Below are positions 1-9,034 of a DNA stretch of 64,000 bases, one piece after another. Origin of the DNA: Candidatus Woesearchaeota archaeon. GTDB lineage: Archaea; Nanobdellota; Nanobdellia; Woesearchaeales; JAGWAF01. Below the pieces are notes generated by a model that had not been told where the DNA came from, searched no databases, and saw nothing but the letters and a program-made list of their open reading frames with translations. The stretch covers positions 4,706 through 68,705 of the forward strand of contig JAGVYP010000066.1 in the NCBI GenBank assembly GCA_018303205.1, written 5' to 3'. A program made the translations under genes and the position numbers. Positions within the stretch are counted from its first letter, which is position 1; each line of letters begins with the position of its first letter.

Positions 1-1041
1 ATTCACTTCAACATAATCACCATCTTTAAACACTTGTGTTGCTATCTTTGTTCCGATAATACAAGGTATTTTGAGTTCACGCGATACCACTGCTGCATGG
101 GAGGTAAGCCCTCCTTCGTCAGTAACAATGGCCCCTGCTTTTTGACATGCCATCATCATTTCTGGGCCAGTAGTATTGGCTATAAGGATATCTCCTTTTT
201 TTACTTTGAAAATCTCTTGTTGTATAACATCACTAAAAATAGTTCTTATGATCTTAACTTTTCCTCGGCATATTCCCTTACTTGCTATAACTCCTTTTAG
301 CATACTCCTCTTTCTCTTAAAGAAATGTTTTTCAAATTCTATCTTGATACGTTCTGCTTCTTTCCCTTCAATAAGTTTCCAATTACTAGACTTTGTTACT
401 AGCCAATTCGTTTTCTCTCTTCTCGACCCTTTTACTTTTTTTCCCTCTATGACCTTTGCTACTTCCTCAAAACTGAGCCAGGGAAGATCTTTTCCTCTTG
501 TCCGTACACCTATCTCCTTTACATACGGCATAAAAAGATGATTATAATTGTAAAACTCATTAAGTACTTGCCTTGCTTCAAACTTACGTTTTGCCATCTT
601 CTCAAGGGTTTCCTTCATTTTTTTGCTTTGTTTTTTCATCTTCTCTACTTTATCAAGAAAAAAGAATTCTGTGTAAAAATAATTTCCTCCCAGGGCTTGG
701 AAAAGATTAACTCTTTCTATAAACTTTTTTTTCAGTTGTCTCATAAAAAGTTGAGAAGGAATATCTCGTTTTGTTTCACGAATTAATCTTTTTCCTGTTT
801 CAACACATTTTTCTATTTTCTTTTCCCATTCTGGAAAAAGTTCCTCATAAAAAAGTATTCCAAAGTTTGAAAGTTTTATTCTCTCTTTTTTTGATAAAAA
901 GAAAGATAACCCTTTTGTTTTCCAGTCATAGATAAGAATCATATCTGTTTTTCTCAGTTCCTTAAAAAGATAACAGGATGTAAAAATAAAATTAATATCA
1001 TAATCTGTCCAGAGGTATTCATATTCTTTCGGTTGAATCAT
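1..1041 (-). CDS. PEP-utilizing enzyme (PEP synthase / pyruvate phosphate dikinase-like), N-terminal 347 aa with phosphohistidine 'mobile' domain; gene continues past the window edge
   Basis: Reverse-strand translation gives ...GVIASKGICRGKVKIIRTIFSDVIQQEIFKVKKGDILIANTTGPEMMMACQKAGAIVTDEGGLTSHAAVVSRELKIPCIIGTKIATQVF..., the classic GGxTSHAA(I/V)V(A/S)RE PEP-utilizing mobile-domain signature. ATG at 1041 on the minus strand. It is absent from the ORF track because it runs off the window edge. Confidence 0.6.
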   Translation of the reverse strand, partial: MIQPKEYEYLWTDYDINFIFTSCYLFKELRKTDMILIYDWKTKGLSFFLSKKERIKLSNFGILFYEELFPEWEKKIEKCVETGKRLIRETKRDIPSQLFMRQLKKKFIERVNLFQALGGNYFYTEFFFLDKVEKMKKQSKKMKETLEKMAKRKFEARQVLNEFYNYNHLFMPYVKEIGVRTRGKDLPWLSFEEVAKVIEGKKVKGSRREKTNWLVTKSSNWKLIEGKEAERIKIEFEKHFFKRKRSMLKGVIASKGICRGKVKIIRTIFSDVIQQEIFKVKKGDILIANTTGPEMMMACQKAGAIVTDEGGLTSHAAVVSRELKIPCIIGTKIATQVFKDGDYVEVN

Positions 1042-1051
1042 CTTTATTCTC

Positions 1052-1825
1052 TCAATGCTTTCCTATTTTAAACTTCTCATTTCTCTCATCACCAGGAGGA
1101 TAACTGATATGCCAGGTTTTGACATTGCAATCTAACCAGGTTTCATAACCGAGCTTTGCTGCATCGTGACAAAAAGCAGCATCTTCTCCTGATTTGCTTT
1201 GTTCATACCATCTAAAATCTACTTTTTCTAAAACTTCTCTTTTTATGAGACAACATCCAAAACCGCACACAGCAATTTTCTTCAAATCAGTACTCAAAAC
1301 TTCATTTTTCATCATTAATCTTATTTTTTCTTCTCCTGCAAAATTATATGCTACAGGGGCAACCATAGCTTTTCCTTGCACAGAAAAGGTTGATAAAAAA
1401 ATGCCTGAACAAATGGGTTTATCAGCATTCATCAATTTTTTAATAATCTCTTGGGGCACTAACACATCAGAATCAATGAACATAAGATATTCATAATTTC
1501 CTTCCAACATTTTTTTTCGTAAAAGTTTTCTACAATTTGTAATATTTTCAATACGGATGCCCTTTTCATTTTCCAACATTGCACAAAAAAAACCCTTGCT
1601 CTCAATTTTTTTCTTATAATCATCTTCTCCTTTATCAACCACAAAAAGAACATCAAAAAAAGGATAGTCTATCTTTTTAATATGCTCGCAAAATGCTTCC
1701 AAGCAGTACTCCTGACCAGGAAAAGTGGGTATTCCTATCAAAACTTTCTTGTCCATAGCAAGAGGTAACTTTATAAACTTTTTATAGTTTTGCCTTAGCA
1801 TGAAATGCGAAATCTGCAAAAACAC
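1052..1825 (-). CDS. glycosyltransferase-like protein (DxD-type)
   Basis: 257-aa ORF with a DSD motif (FIDSDVLVP) and a Rossmann-like N-terminus typical of GT-A nucleotide-sugar transferases. Confidence 0.45.
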   Translation of the reverse strand: MFLQISHFMLRQNYKKFIKLPLAMDKKVLIGIPTFPGQEYCLEAFCEHIKKIDYPFFDVLFVVDKGEDDYKKKIESKGFFCAMLENEKGIRIENITNCRKLLRKKMLEGNYEYLMFIDSDVLVPQEIIKKLMNADKPICSGIFLSTFSVQGKAMVAPVAYNFAGEEKIRLMMKNEVLSTDLKKIAVCGFGCCLIKREVLEKVDFRWYEQSKSGEDAAFCHDAAKLGYETWLDCNVKTWHISYPPGDERNEKFKIGKH

Positions 1826-1959
1826 ACTAGGAGAAACCTTTCTGAAGAAGATTTTGGGTACTTATATCAAAGACAAACAAGGCAAAAAACACAGCGTTTG
1901 CTTTGCCTGTCAAAAGACCTTGAAAACAAAAGAAGCAATCTTAGAGAAGATATGATTCC

Positions 1960-2032
1960 GCCCTCGTAGCATAGTAGCTATTGCGTCGGTTTCGTAAACC
2001 GAAGGTCATGGGTGCAACTCCCATCGAGGGCT
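1960..2032 (+). tRNA. tRNA-Thr (anticodon CGU)
   Basis: Cloverleaf folded by hand. Acceptor GCCCTCG/CGAGGGC, D-arm GCAT..TTGC, anticodon stem TCGGT/ACCGA with loop TTCGTAA (U33, anticodon CGT, A37), T-arm ATGGG/CCCAT with loop TGCAACT. No encoded CCA and no intron. GC-rich island in an AT-rich background. Confidence 0.8.
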
Positions 2033-2033
2033 T

Positions 2034-2561
2034 TTATTTTGCTTTTTTATGATGCATCATTACGTGAAACGTAAGATACATCCTTGCCTTGAATAATCGA
2101 AAGAAACGTTGTATACCATTCATTGCCCGAAAGAAAGGCTTTACTTCTTTTGCCAATCGCTCTTCTTTCAATAATTCTACTTCTTTTAATAATACTGCTT
2201 CATGCGTCATCTTCTGCGCAGTTTCAGTTATTCTCTCACCTGTGCTTAAGACAGCAGAAGCTTCCTCATAGAGTCTAAAAAATAAATAAAAAGGAAACAC
2301 AGCAAGAAGATCAATCCAATACAATTTAACAAAAGTCTTTATCTTTTTCACTTTCTGCCATTTATAAAAAAGATCAACAACAAAAAAGAAAATAATAATA
2401 ACATCAAAAAAGGTTACGAGCTCTTCATATTGATGCAAATTTACCAACATCCATAAGGGATTATCCAGAATGAGCAAGACAGCGAGCAAAACAAGAAGAT
2501 AAGGAATAATCTTATGCGTTATATGTTCTAATCGTTTTGAAAATCTGCTTTGTTTTTTCAT
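2034..2561 (-). CDS. small membrane protein, possibly ion-transport-like
   Basis: 175-aa ORF with 2-3 hydrophobic helices followed by a charged C-terminal tail; no confident family assignment. Confidence 0.4.
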   Translation of the reverse strand: MKKQSRFSKRLEHITHKIIPYLLVLLAVLLILDNPLWMLVNLHQYEELVTFFDVIIIFFFVVDLFYKWQKVKKIKTFVKLYWIDLLAVFPFYLFFRLYEEASAVLSTGERITETAQKMTHEAVLLKEVELLKEERLAKEVKPFFRAMNGIQRFFRLFKARMYLTFHVMMHHKKAK

Positions 2562-2593
2562 AAGAGAGTGTCTACCTCTTCCCCTTTAAATCT

Positions 2594-3799
2594 TTATTCA
2601 TACCTCAGCGCTTCCACAGGAGGTAATTTAGCTGCGCTCAGAGCAGGAAGTATTCCAGCAAGCACTCCCAAACCAACAGAAAATGCTAAGCCAAAGAGCA
2701 TCAGCCAGATATTTACAGCAATGACCAGCTTTACAATACCTGCCAAATTGATAAGAAACATTAAAGAGAGCGCAATACTCATTCCTAAGAAAATACCTAT
2801 GATACCACTGGCAAAACCAAGAAAAGCAGCTTCTAATAAAAACAAATTTAATACTGCACGATTGGTTGCGCCAATTGCTTTCATAATCCCAATTTCCCTC
2901 CTTCTTTCAAGCACTGCAGTATACAGGGAGTTCATAATACCAATAGCTCCTACGATAAGGCTAATAAAAGCGATGCCAGCAACAACAAATTTTACCACTC
3001 CAAAAATCTCCCGTGCTTGAGCTTGCACTTTCTTAGGATTTGTAACCTGAAAATTCTCATCCCCCCTCTTCCTCTCAAGAGCTTTCTCTATTTTTTCTGA
3101 TACGAAATCAACATCTTGCCCTGGCTTTGCTACCGCAGTGATTGCGGATACAGAATCTCCAGCATCAAGAAGCTCTTGCATCGTATCAAGAGGAATTGCT
3201 ATTCTATAATCTAATGCTTCATCACCTTGCGGTTCCTGAATACCTACCACACGAAATTTTACACCATTCAAATAAAAAGAATTTTGTAATCGTACCTCTT
3301 TTTCAAAATATTCTGTTGCAATTCCATGTCCAATAATCGCAGCATGAGTATCTCCTTCTTGGAGTAATCTTCCTTCCCTGAATTGAACATCCACTTCCTT
3401 AAAGATCTTCTCAATATCCTTCAAGCTTATTCCTTGTACTCTCCTAAATCTTTTTTCCCTTCCAAATTCTATATTGAGATTTTCTACTAAAATAGCATTC
3501 ACATATTCAATGGAAGAAATACCTTTAATAGTATCCGCATCTTTCTCGCTTAACGTACTAATTCCACTAGGAGGGCCTGCTGCTATTCCTGTAATCACTT
3601 TAGGTCCTATAAAGATTCGTCTCGGTCCTAACCTATCTAGGGTATCTCCTATTCCTTTTTCTAACCCCTCTCCTAAAGTAATCAAAGAAACAAGTGCTGT
3701 CACACCAATAATAATGCCCAATGCAGTCAAGTAATTTCTCAGTTTTCTCGCCTTGAGGTTGCGCAGTGCCATAAAAACATACTCATTCATGACTCCCAC
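2594..3799 (-). CDS. ABC transporter permease, MacB/FtsX family
   Basis: 401 aa. N-terminal TM, large periplasmic-type domain, and C-terminal FtsX-like 3-TM bundle (…MNSLYTAVLERRREIGIMKAIGA…). Confidence 0.85.
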   Translation of the reverse strand: MGVMNEYVFMALRNLKARKLRNYLTALGIIIGVTALVSLITLGEGLEKGIGDTLDRLGPRRIFIGPKVITGIAAGPPSGISTLSEKDADTIKGISSIEYVNAILVENLNIEFGREKRFRRVQGISLKDIEKIFKEVDVQFREGRLLQEGDTHAAIIGHGIATEYFEKEVRLQNSFYLNGVKFRVVGIQEPQGDEALDYRIAIPLDTMQELLDAGDSVSAITAVAKPGQDVDFVSEKIEKALERKRGDENFQVTNPKKVQAQAREIFGVVKFVVAGIAFISLIVGAIGIMNSLYTAVLERRREIGIMKAIGATNRAVLNLFLLEAAFLGFASGIIGIFLGMSIALSLMFLINLAGIVKLVIAVNIWLMLFGLAFSVGLGVLAGILPALSAAKLPPVEALRYE

Positions 3800-4974
3800 C
3801 TCAAAGCATCAACAGGATGCAACTTTGCAGCTTGCCGTGAAGGAAGTGCACCTGAAATCATTCCTATAAAAAAAGCAAAAGCTAATGCTCCTCCCACAAG
3901 ATACCAATCCCATTGTATCTTTAAGAGACCAAAACCAGCTTGTTTTGCCATTTCACCAATTGCAAAGCTTACTGTCATGCCCAAGATAACCCCAAGAATA
4001 CCACCCACGATTCCAATCATTCCCGCTTCTATAAGAAACAAAAGCATAATATCCCTATTTCTCGCACCCAAACTTTTCATAACCCCAATATCCTTTGTTC
4101 TTTCCAAAACAGAAGTGTACATAGCATTCATAATTCCAATACAACCCACAACAAGAGAAACACCTGCAATACTGACCAGAATCCCCTGCACGATAAAAAG
4201 CGCTGTTTGTAAAAAATTAAGAATCTGAGTAGGTGTCAAAACATCAAAACTTTCATCATCACGCTCTCTTTCTAATCTCTTCTTTGTTTTTTCCACAACT
4301 TGATCAATGTTCTTTCCTTGTTTTAACGTTGCTTCAATAAAACTTACCTCTTTTTCTTTCCCAAAAATTTCTCGTGCTGTTTCCAAAGGAATTAGGATTA
4401 TCCTGTCATCTTGTTCATTGCCAATCTCATCAAAGATTCCCACAACCTCAAATTTCACTTCGTTGATCAACACGTTATTATTGACACCGATATCTTTCTT
4501 GAAAAAATCCTTTGCAGTGAGATACCCTACAATCACTTCATATCTTGCTCCATTCCTAAAATGTCTTCCTTCAAGAAAATCAAAATCATAATCTACAAAC
4601 CTTTTATCAGCATCATCTGCAGGCCATGCGGTTATCGAAGCATACAAGTCTTCTTTTCCATACGTTATTTTTACACTGGATTCCACAAGATAAGGAGTAA
4701 TATAAACAAATTCTCCCATATTCTCAAGCGTTTCCACATCTTTTGTAGTTAATCCCGTAGTGGTTCCCGGAGCACCTCCTTTCATCATCACATAAATCCT
4801 ATTTGCGCCTATCTTTTCAAATTGTTCTTCAATCGCATTTTCTAATCCATTGCTCACTGAAATAAGAGCCACAATACTCATCACAGAAATGACAATACCT
4901 AAAATGGTAAGCCAGCTTCTCAATCTTCTCTGATGAAGATTCTTTAATGATACACTGCAATAATCTCTGATCAT
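3787..4974 (-). CDS. ABC transporter permease, MacB/FtsX family (tandem paralog)
   Basis: 395 aa, same architecture as the adjacent permease (…MNAMYTSVLERTKDIGVMKSLGA…). Overlaps its neighbour by 13 nt (operon). Confidence 0.85.
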   Translation of the reverse strand: MIRDYCSVSLKNLHQRRLRSWLTILGIVISVMSIVALISVSNGLENAIEEQFEKIGANRIYVMMKGGAPGTTTGLTTKDVETLENMGEFVYITPYLVESSVKITYGKEDLYASITAWPADDADKRFVDYDFDFLEGRHFRNGARYEVIVGYLTAKDFFKKDIGVNNNVLINEVKFEVVGIFDEIGNEQDDRIILIPLETAREIFGKEKEVSFIEATLKQGKNIDQVVEKTKKRLERERDDESFDVLTPTQILNFLQTALFIVQGILVSIAGVSLVVGCIGIMNAMYTSVLERTKDIGVMKSLGARNRDIMLLFLIEAGMIGIVGGILGVILGMTVSFAIGEMAKQAGFGLLKIQWDWYLVGGALAFAFFIGMISGALPSRQAAKLHPVDALRWES

Positions 4975-6323
4975 GCATGCTGTCCCATGGCTTTAGCATG
5001 TTTCTTTTTTCTTCTGCGATGGAGAATGTACCATAGTAAAAGTGCAAAAACAAGAATTCCTATTCCCATACTCATATAAGGAGGTTGGGGCAGCAAACCA
5101 AATTTTCTTGCTTCTTCCTTGCTAAAAATACGCAATTCCATTTGTTCTTCTTTTATGAAATCCTGATTAAAGCTGTCCTTATATTTCATCGTTACTTTTA
5201 GAGGTATTATTCCTGGTTTGAGCTTATGCGTGTAAATTTCAAACTCTGCTGTTTCATAATCATCACTTTCTATGTTGCCTAAATAGCTCTTTGAACTTGA
5301 AAGAATCTCATAGTTTTCTGTGGGAATCAGTTCAAGAACAACAAAATTAATATCGCTTGTTCCCGTATTAGAAACAGAAAGTACAACCGTTCCTTGCTGT
5401 TCTGACAAGAACACATTACTCTCATCTTTGACCAGCTCGTATTCAGGAGGACTATAGACTGTAAGTCCAAACTTTGCTTCTACCACATGTTCCTGATTAA
5501 ATTTGTCCATATACTCAATCTGTAAAGGAATCAGATTTACTTTCGATTCAGCATCAGGAGGAACAATCAAATCAAAAAGAACAGACTCTGTTTTTCCCGG
5601 AAGAATCTCTCGTATAACTTTTTCGCTTGCTGAAGTAAGAGGAGCAACTGAAGTTTCATCCAAGACAAGCTTTACCTTTACTTCATCAATACTTGATTCT
5701 GCCAAATTTTTGAGTGTTACTCTTACCTGTACTTGGTCTCCTGGTTTTGGTTGTGGAGGAATGGTTTCTATAGATTCTACTCCTAAAATCGATTCTCTTC
5801 CTCGTACTCGTATCTTAAATGTGGGTTCATCATCAAGAATAACTCCATACTTTTCCGTGTTGTAAATCAGTGTAAATTCTTCTTCGCCTTCTGCAGCATT
5901 GTCATCCACTTTTAATCTCCAAAAGAGTATTGCGCTGTCTTCTTCTGTTTGTCTTGCTCCCAGAGTACCTATGTCGACATATTTTTTTTCAGGATCTGCA
6001 AATGAGAATGGATACTGAAGCTCTAAATTGAATACAACCGTATTGACAGGCTTTATTCCAAAATTCTCTACTCGAAAACGGAGTTCTACAAATTCTCCTG
6101 GCTCAACAGGATCAGGATCTTGACTCAAAAAGGTTACTTTGACATTAGAATGGGGAACTTCAGCTTTTGTGCTCTGCGGATCTGTAACTGTTGTAGTATC
6201 TTCTTCTCCAAAAAGGTCAGTGATTTGTGCGAACACACTGCTCATCAGCATTATGAACATAGTTATTATCATTATGTATCGTCTTGTTTTCATAGGCTCA
6301 CCTTTTCTTATCCATTTTTCCAT
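4971..6323 (-). CDS. large secreted, C-terminally membrane-anchored beta-rich protein (CARDB/S-layer-domain-like) associated with the ABC exporter
   Basis: Signal peptide (MKTRRYIMIITMFIMLMSSVFAQ), about 400 aa extracellular, a C-terminal TM helix and a basic tail (HRRRKKKHAKA). Sits between the ATPase and permeases as in archaeal MacB-type operons. Confidence 0.55.
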   Translation of the reverse strand: MEKWIRKGEPMKTRRYIMIITMFIMLMSSVFAQITDLFGEEDTTTVTDPQSTKAEVPHSNVKVTFLSQDPDPVEPGEFVELRFRVENFGIKPVNTVVFNLELQYPFSFADPEKKYVDIGTLGARQTEEDSAILFWRLKVDDNAAEGEEEFTLIYNTEKYGVILDDEPTFKIRVRGRESILGVESIETIPPQPKPGDQVQVRVTLKNLAESSIDEVKVKLVLDETSVAPLTSASEKVIREILPGKTESVLFDLIVPPDAESKVNLIPLQIEYMDKFNQEHVVEAKFGLTVYSPPEYELVKDESNVFLSEQQGTVVLSVSNTGTSDINFVVLELIPTENYEILSSSKSYLGNIESDDYETAEFEIYTHKLKPGIIPLKVTMKYKDSFNQDFIKEEQMELRIFSKEEARKFGLLPQPPYMSMGIGILVFALLLWYILHRRRKKKHAKAMGQHA

Positions 6324-6975
6324 CTTTTAAGTACATAATACGATCTGCATAGGTTGCTAACTTCTGATCATGCGTTACAAGGATAATAGTCTTCTTTTTT
6401 TCTTTATGAAGCTTTTTTAAGAATGACATCACTTTCTCTCCTGTCACACTGTCCAGATTTCCTGTAGGCTCATCTGCAAGAATCACTTCAGGATCATTGG
6501 CAAGTGCTCTTGCAATTGCTACTCTTTGACGTTGTCCTCCAGAAAGTTCTGCAGGCTTATGATACATTCTGTCTTGCAATTCAACAAGCATAAGAAGCTC
6601 TTTTGCTTTTTTTTGTCTTTGTTCTAAAGGAGTTCCTTGAAAAATCATGGGAAGAGAAACATTTTCTAGTGCGTTGAGTGTTCCGATAAGATTAAAGGTT
6701 TGGAAGATGAATCCTATCTTTCTTCCTCTTATCTGTGCAAGGGAAGATTCTTCTAGAGTACTAATATCTTGTCCGTCAAGGTAAACACTTCCTTTTGAAG
6801 GAATATCAAGACAACCTACCATGTTTACACAGGTACTTTTTCCACTTCCACTCGGCCCCATGATTGCGACAAATTCACCTTTCTTAATATGCATAGTTAA
6901 TCCTTGAAGTGCCTTTACTTCTACCTCTCCCATATGGTAAATTTTCCAGACGTCTTTGAGTTCAATAATGTTCAT
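6298..6975 (-). CDS. ABC transporter ATP-binding protein (MacB/LolD-type)
   Basis: Walker A GPSGSGKST, ABC signature LSGGQRQRVAIARAL, Walker B ILADEPTGNLD, H-loop VTHD. Confidence 0.9.
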   Translation of the reverse strand: MNIIELKDVWKIYHMGEVEVKALQGLTMHIKKGEFVAIMGPSGSGKSTCVNMVGCLDIPSKGSVYLDGQDISTLEESSLAQIRGRKIGFIFQTFNLIGTLNALENVSLPMIFQGTPLEQRQKKAKELLMLVELQDRMYHKPAELSGGQRQRVAIARALANDPEVILADEPTGNLDSVTGEKVMSFLKKLHKEKKKTIILVTHDQKLATYADRIMYLKDGKMDKKR

Positions 6976-7475
6976 ACGAAACCCCGCAATGCTTCTGTTG
7001 TTTTTCGTATAATCTTTCTTATTTTTTCTTGATCTTTTCTTGAAGGATTTTTCTCTGCAAGGGAAAATATCATTCTTCGTAAGAGCACTGCTTCTTCATG
7101 TAACCAGGATAAGTGGCCTTCACGATCTTTCATGATGCGCAAAATCATTTCCATATCCTTTGCTTCCTGCTGATCACCTACCAAACTGTACACTCTCATG
7201 TTACTTTCTAATTCTTGCACAAATGCTTTTCTTTTTTCTTGAAGATTTTTAAGTACCTCTTTTCCATACGGAGTTAACCTGTACAGTTTTTGTCTTCCCT
7301 GAATTCTTGTTTGCACCATCTTTTTTTTACTCAAATCTGCAAGAAGAGGATACATCGAACCCGGACTTGGCTTCCAGCCTATCTTCTCTGTCATTGCTTT
7401 CATGAGCTGATAACCACTCGTCTCTTTCTCAGACAAGAGTTTCATCACCGTTATTTTCAAAGGACCTTGCGCCAT
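6972..7475 (-). CDS. PadR-family transcriptional regulator
   Basis: Winged-helix PadR signature (GYQL…GSMYPLL…), first gene of the ABC operon, 4-nt overlap with the ATPase gene. Confidence 0.7.
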   Translation of the reverse strand: MAQGPLKITVMKLLSEKETSGYQLMKAMTEKIGWKPSPGSMYPLLADLSKKKMVQTRIQGRQKLYRLTPYGKEVLKNLQEKRKAFVQELESNMRVYSLVGDQQEAKDMEMILRIMKDREGHLSWLHEEAVLLRRMIFSLAEKNPSRKDQEKIRKIIRKTTEALRGFV

Positions 7476-7528
7476 AGTATCGGTAACGATATATCGGAAG
7501 CGATAGTATATAAAGGTTGCGAATATAC

Positions 7529-7670
7529 GGTAAAGTCAAGTTGTGTGTGTTGTGGGAATGCGGAGATCTTGCCACTCCGTTGATCGTGGTGTTTTGCGTC
7601 GAACATCCTGCATGAATCGGATGTTCTCCTGATATCACTCCAAGGCATCCCCACTTAACTTGACTTTACC
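7529..7670 (+). repeat. Structured repeat element, copy A (core 7552-7654 flanked by GTGGG/CCCAC; outer perfect 14-bp inverted repeat GGTAAAGTCAAGTT/AACTTGACTTTACC)
   Basis: GC-rich island. Conserved core CGGAG…TTGCGTCGA-[gaacatcc CTGCATGAATCG ggatgttc]-TCTCCTGAT…CTCCAAGG, shared with copies at 13941, 44423 and 62427. Confidence 0.75.
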
Positions 7671-7780
7671 TGGATGTACGTTGGTTATTGTTTTTTATTT
7701 CGTACTTTTGTTTATTTTTTTTATAAAGATGTAACTCAAACTAAAATTAAAAGAAAAAATGAGAAAGATTTGGGTTATCC

Positions 7781-9034
7781 CTATCTTTTTAATTTCTGAA
7801 CCATTGTTCCAAGAATCACTCCCGCAACATAAGAGCGATCAGCAGGTTCTTTAGTAGGACAAATTCTGAGATAAGAAAATCCATGCTTTGTTGCACTTTT
7901 GTTACTATTTCTAAAATCCTGATCAGGATCTCCCCTAAGATTTGCGGTAATCCAATCGAAGCCAGAAGTCATCAGCACTGGTGGATCTAATAATCCTAGA
8001 ACTTCTCTCGGATTCAAATATTCAGGAAGCATATAAGTTAAGATAGGCATCCCAGGAAACGCTTGTCTAAACTCACCCTGATCTGTTACAGAACGCAAAC
8101 CCGCTTGGAAGGCCTTACTATTCGCAATAAGCATTTCTCTTATTCTTTCCCCATACCTAGCCTGATACAAACTATCAATGGTGATTGCAGCGATATTCTC
8201 ACAGCCTTGACACCCTATAGCTATCTCAGGAGTTACCTGACTTAACTGTTTTGGTACTAAGGTCCATGTTATTCCTAAACCCCTTGCTCCCAATCTTTTT
8301 GATGTTGTCTCTACAATCACACTTCTCGAAGAATACTGAGAAGATGAATGTCTTTTTCCTTCTTCTTGCAACGCTCTGAAAGGGTCATCAAAAATAGGAA
8401 CAATACCAGAACGTTCAGCAATGGATTCTATTCTTTCTATGTGTTCTCTATTAAACCGATATCCTAAAGGATTCGCAGGATCAACAAGAATCAGAGCAGC
8501 AACATTGTTTTGCGCATGTTGTTCAAATCCTTCAACAAATTCTTCCGCGCTAGTCGCATGAAATCCATAACCTTGTGCACCTGGAACTTTTGTCATAACA
8601 TTATCAAAAATCCAGTTAGGTGATGCATAAAGAACAACAGGCTTATCTTGAGTAACTAATTTTTGAAGTACTCCTACTAATGCGTGTCGTGCGCCACTTG
8701 CAGATGTGAACAAGTTGTATCTCTCCAATTCAAGTGTTGTTTCTGCATGAAGAATTTCCCGAACAACTCCCTCAAGAGGCTTTTCAGTAACGGTTTCACA
8801 TCCAGAGTCAATAGTGTCTATAATTCTTCTTAGATATTCTAATTCGTGCGCATCTGTTCCAAAGGGAGCAAAATCAATATTTGCATCTCTAAAATCAAAT
8901 CCTATCAACTCACCCACAGGTGACCCGTATCCTAGATGAGCACTTGCAAAACCTAAAAGTCTAGGATCTCCTTTAGCTATCTCTTGTATCCTTCTTTGAA
9001 GTTTATCCCATTCTTCCTTCGGATCATTTGTCAT
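7781..9034 (-). CDS. class I/II PLP-dependent aminotransferase-fold protein (divergent)
   Basis: Degenerate aminotransferase motifs: LYASPNW (PxY), LILVDPANPLGYRF (NPxNPTG-like), IFDDPF, TSKRLGARGLGITW (SK…G.R.G with candidate PLP lysine). Confidence 0.5.
   Translation of the reverse strand: MTNDPKEEWDKLQRRIQEIAKGDPRLLGFASAHLGYGSPVGELIGFDFRDANIDFAPFGTDAHELEYLRRIIDTIDSGCETVTEKPLEGVVREILHAETTLELERYNLFTSASGARHALVGVLQKLVTQDKPVVLYASPNWIFDNVMTKVPGAQGYGFHATSAEEFVEGFEQHAQNNVAALILVDPANPLGYRFNREHIERIESIAERSGIVPIFDDPFRALQEEGKRHSSSQYSSRSVIVETTSKRLGARGLGITWTLVPKQLSQVTPEIAIGCQGCENIAAITIDSLYQARYGERIREMLIANSKAFQAGLRSVTDQGEFRQAFPGMPILTYMLPEYLNPREVLGLLDPPVLMTSGFDWITANLRGDPDQDFRNSNKSATKHGFSYLRICPTKEPADRSYVAGVILGTMVQKLKR

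Noticed and set aside
34-786. Three plus-strand ORFs (34..300, 176..541, 538..786) from the track
   Set aside because: Low-complexity F/L/S-rich translations lying antisense to a convincing PEP-utilizing-enzyme gene on the minus strand (1..1041). Treated as spurious antisense frames.
1960-2032. tRNA-Thr as an integration site (attB) for a mobile element
   Set aside because: No integrase gene, direct repeat of the tRNA 3' end, or compositional island is visible adjacent to it within the window.
7529-7670. The repeat elements as origin recognition boxes (ORB) of a replication origin
   Set aside because: CTCCAAGG superficially resembles the ORB dyad. But copies are dispersed over 55 kb in both orientations, none is near an orc1/cdc6 gene or an AT-rich unwinding element, and the conserved hairpin loop is not ORB-like.
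7529-7670. The repeat elements as a conventional MITE with conserved terminal inverted repeats
   Set aside because: The terminal inverted repeats are completely different in every copy while the interior is conserved, the opposite of transposase-recognised TIRs. This is kept as a finding but not labelled as a standard MITE.
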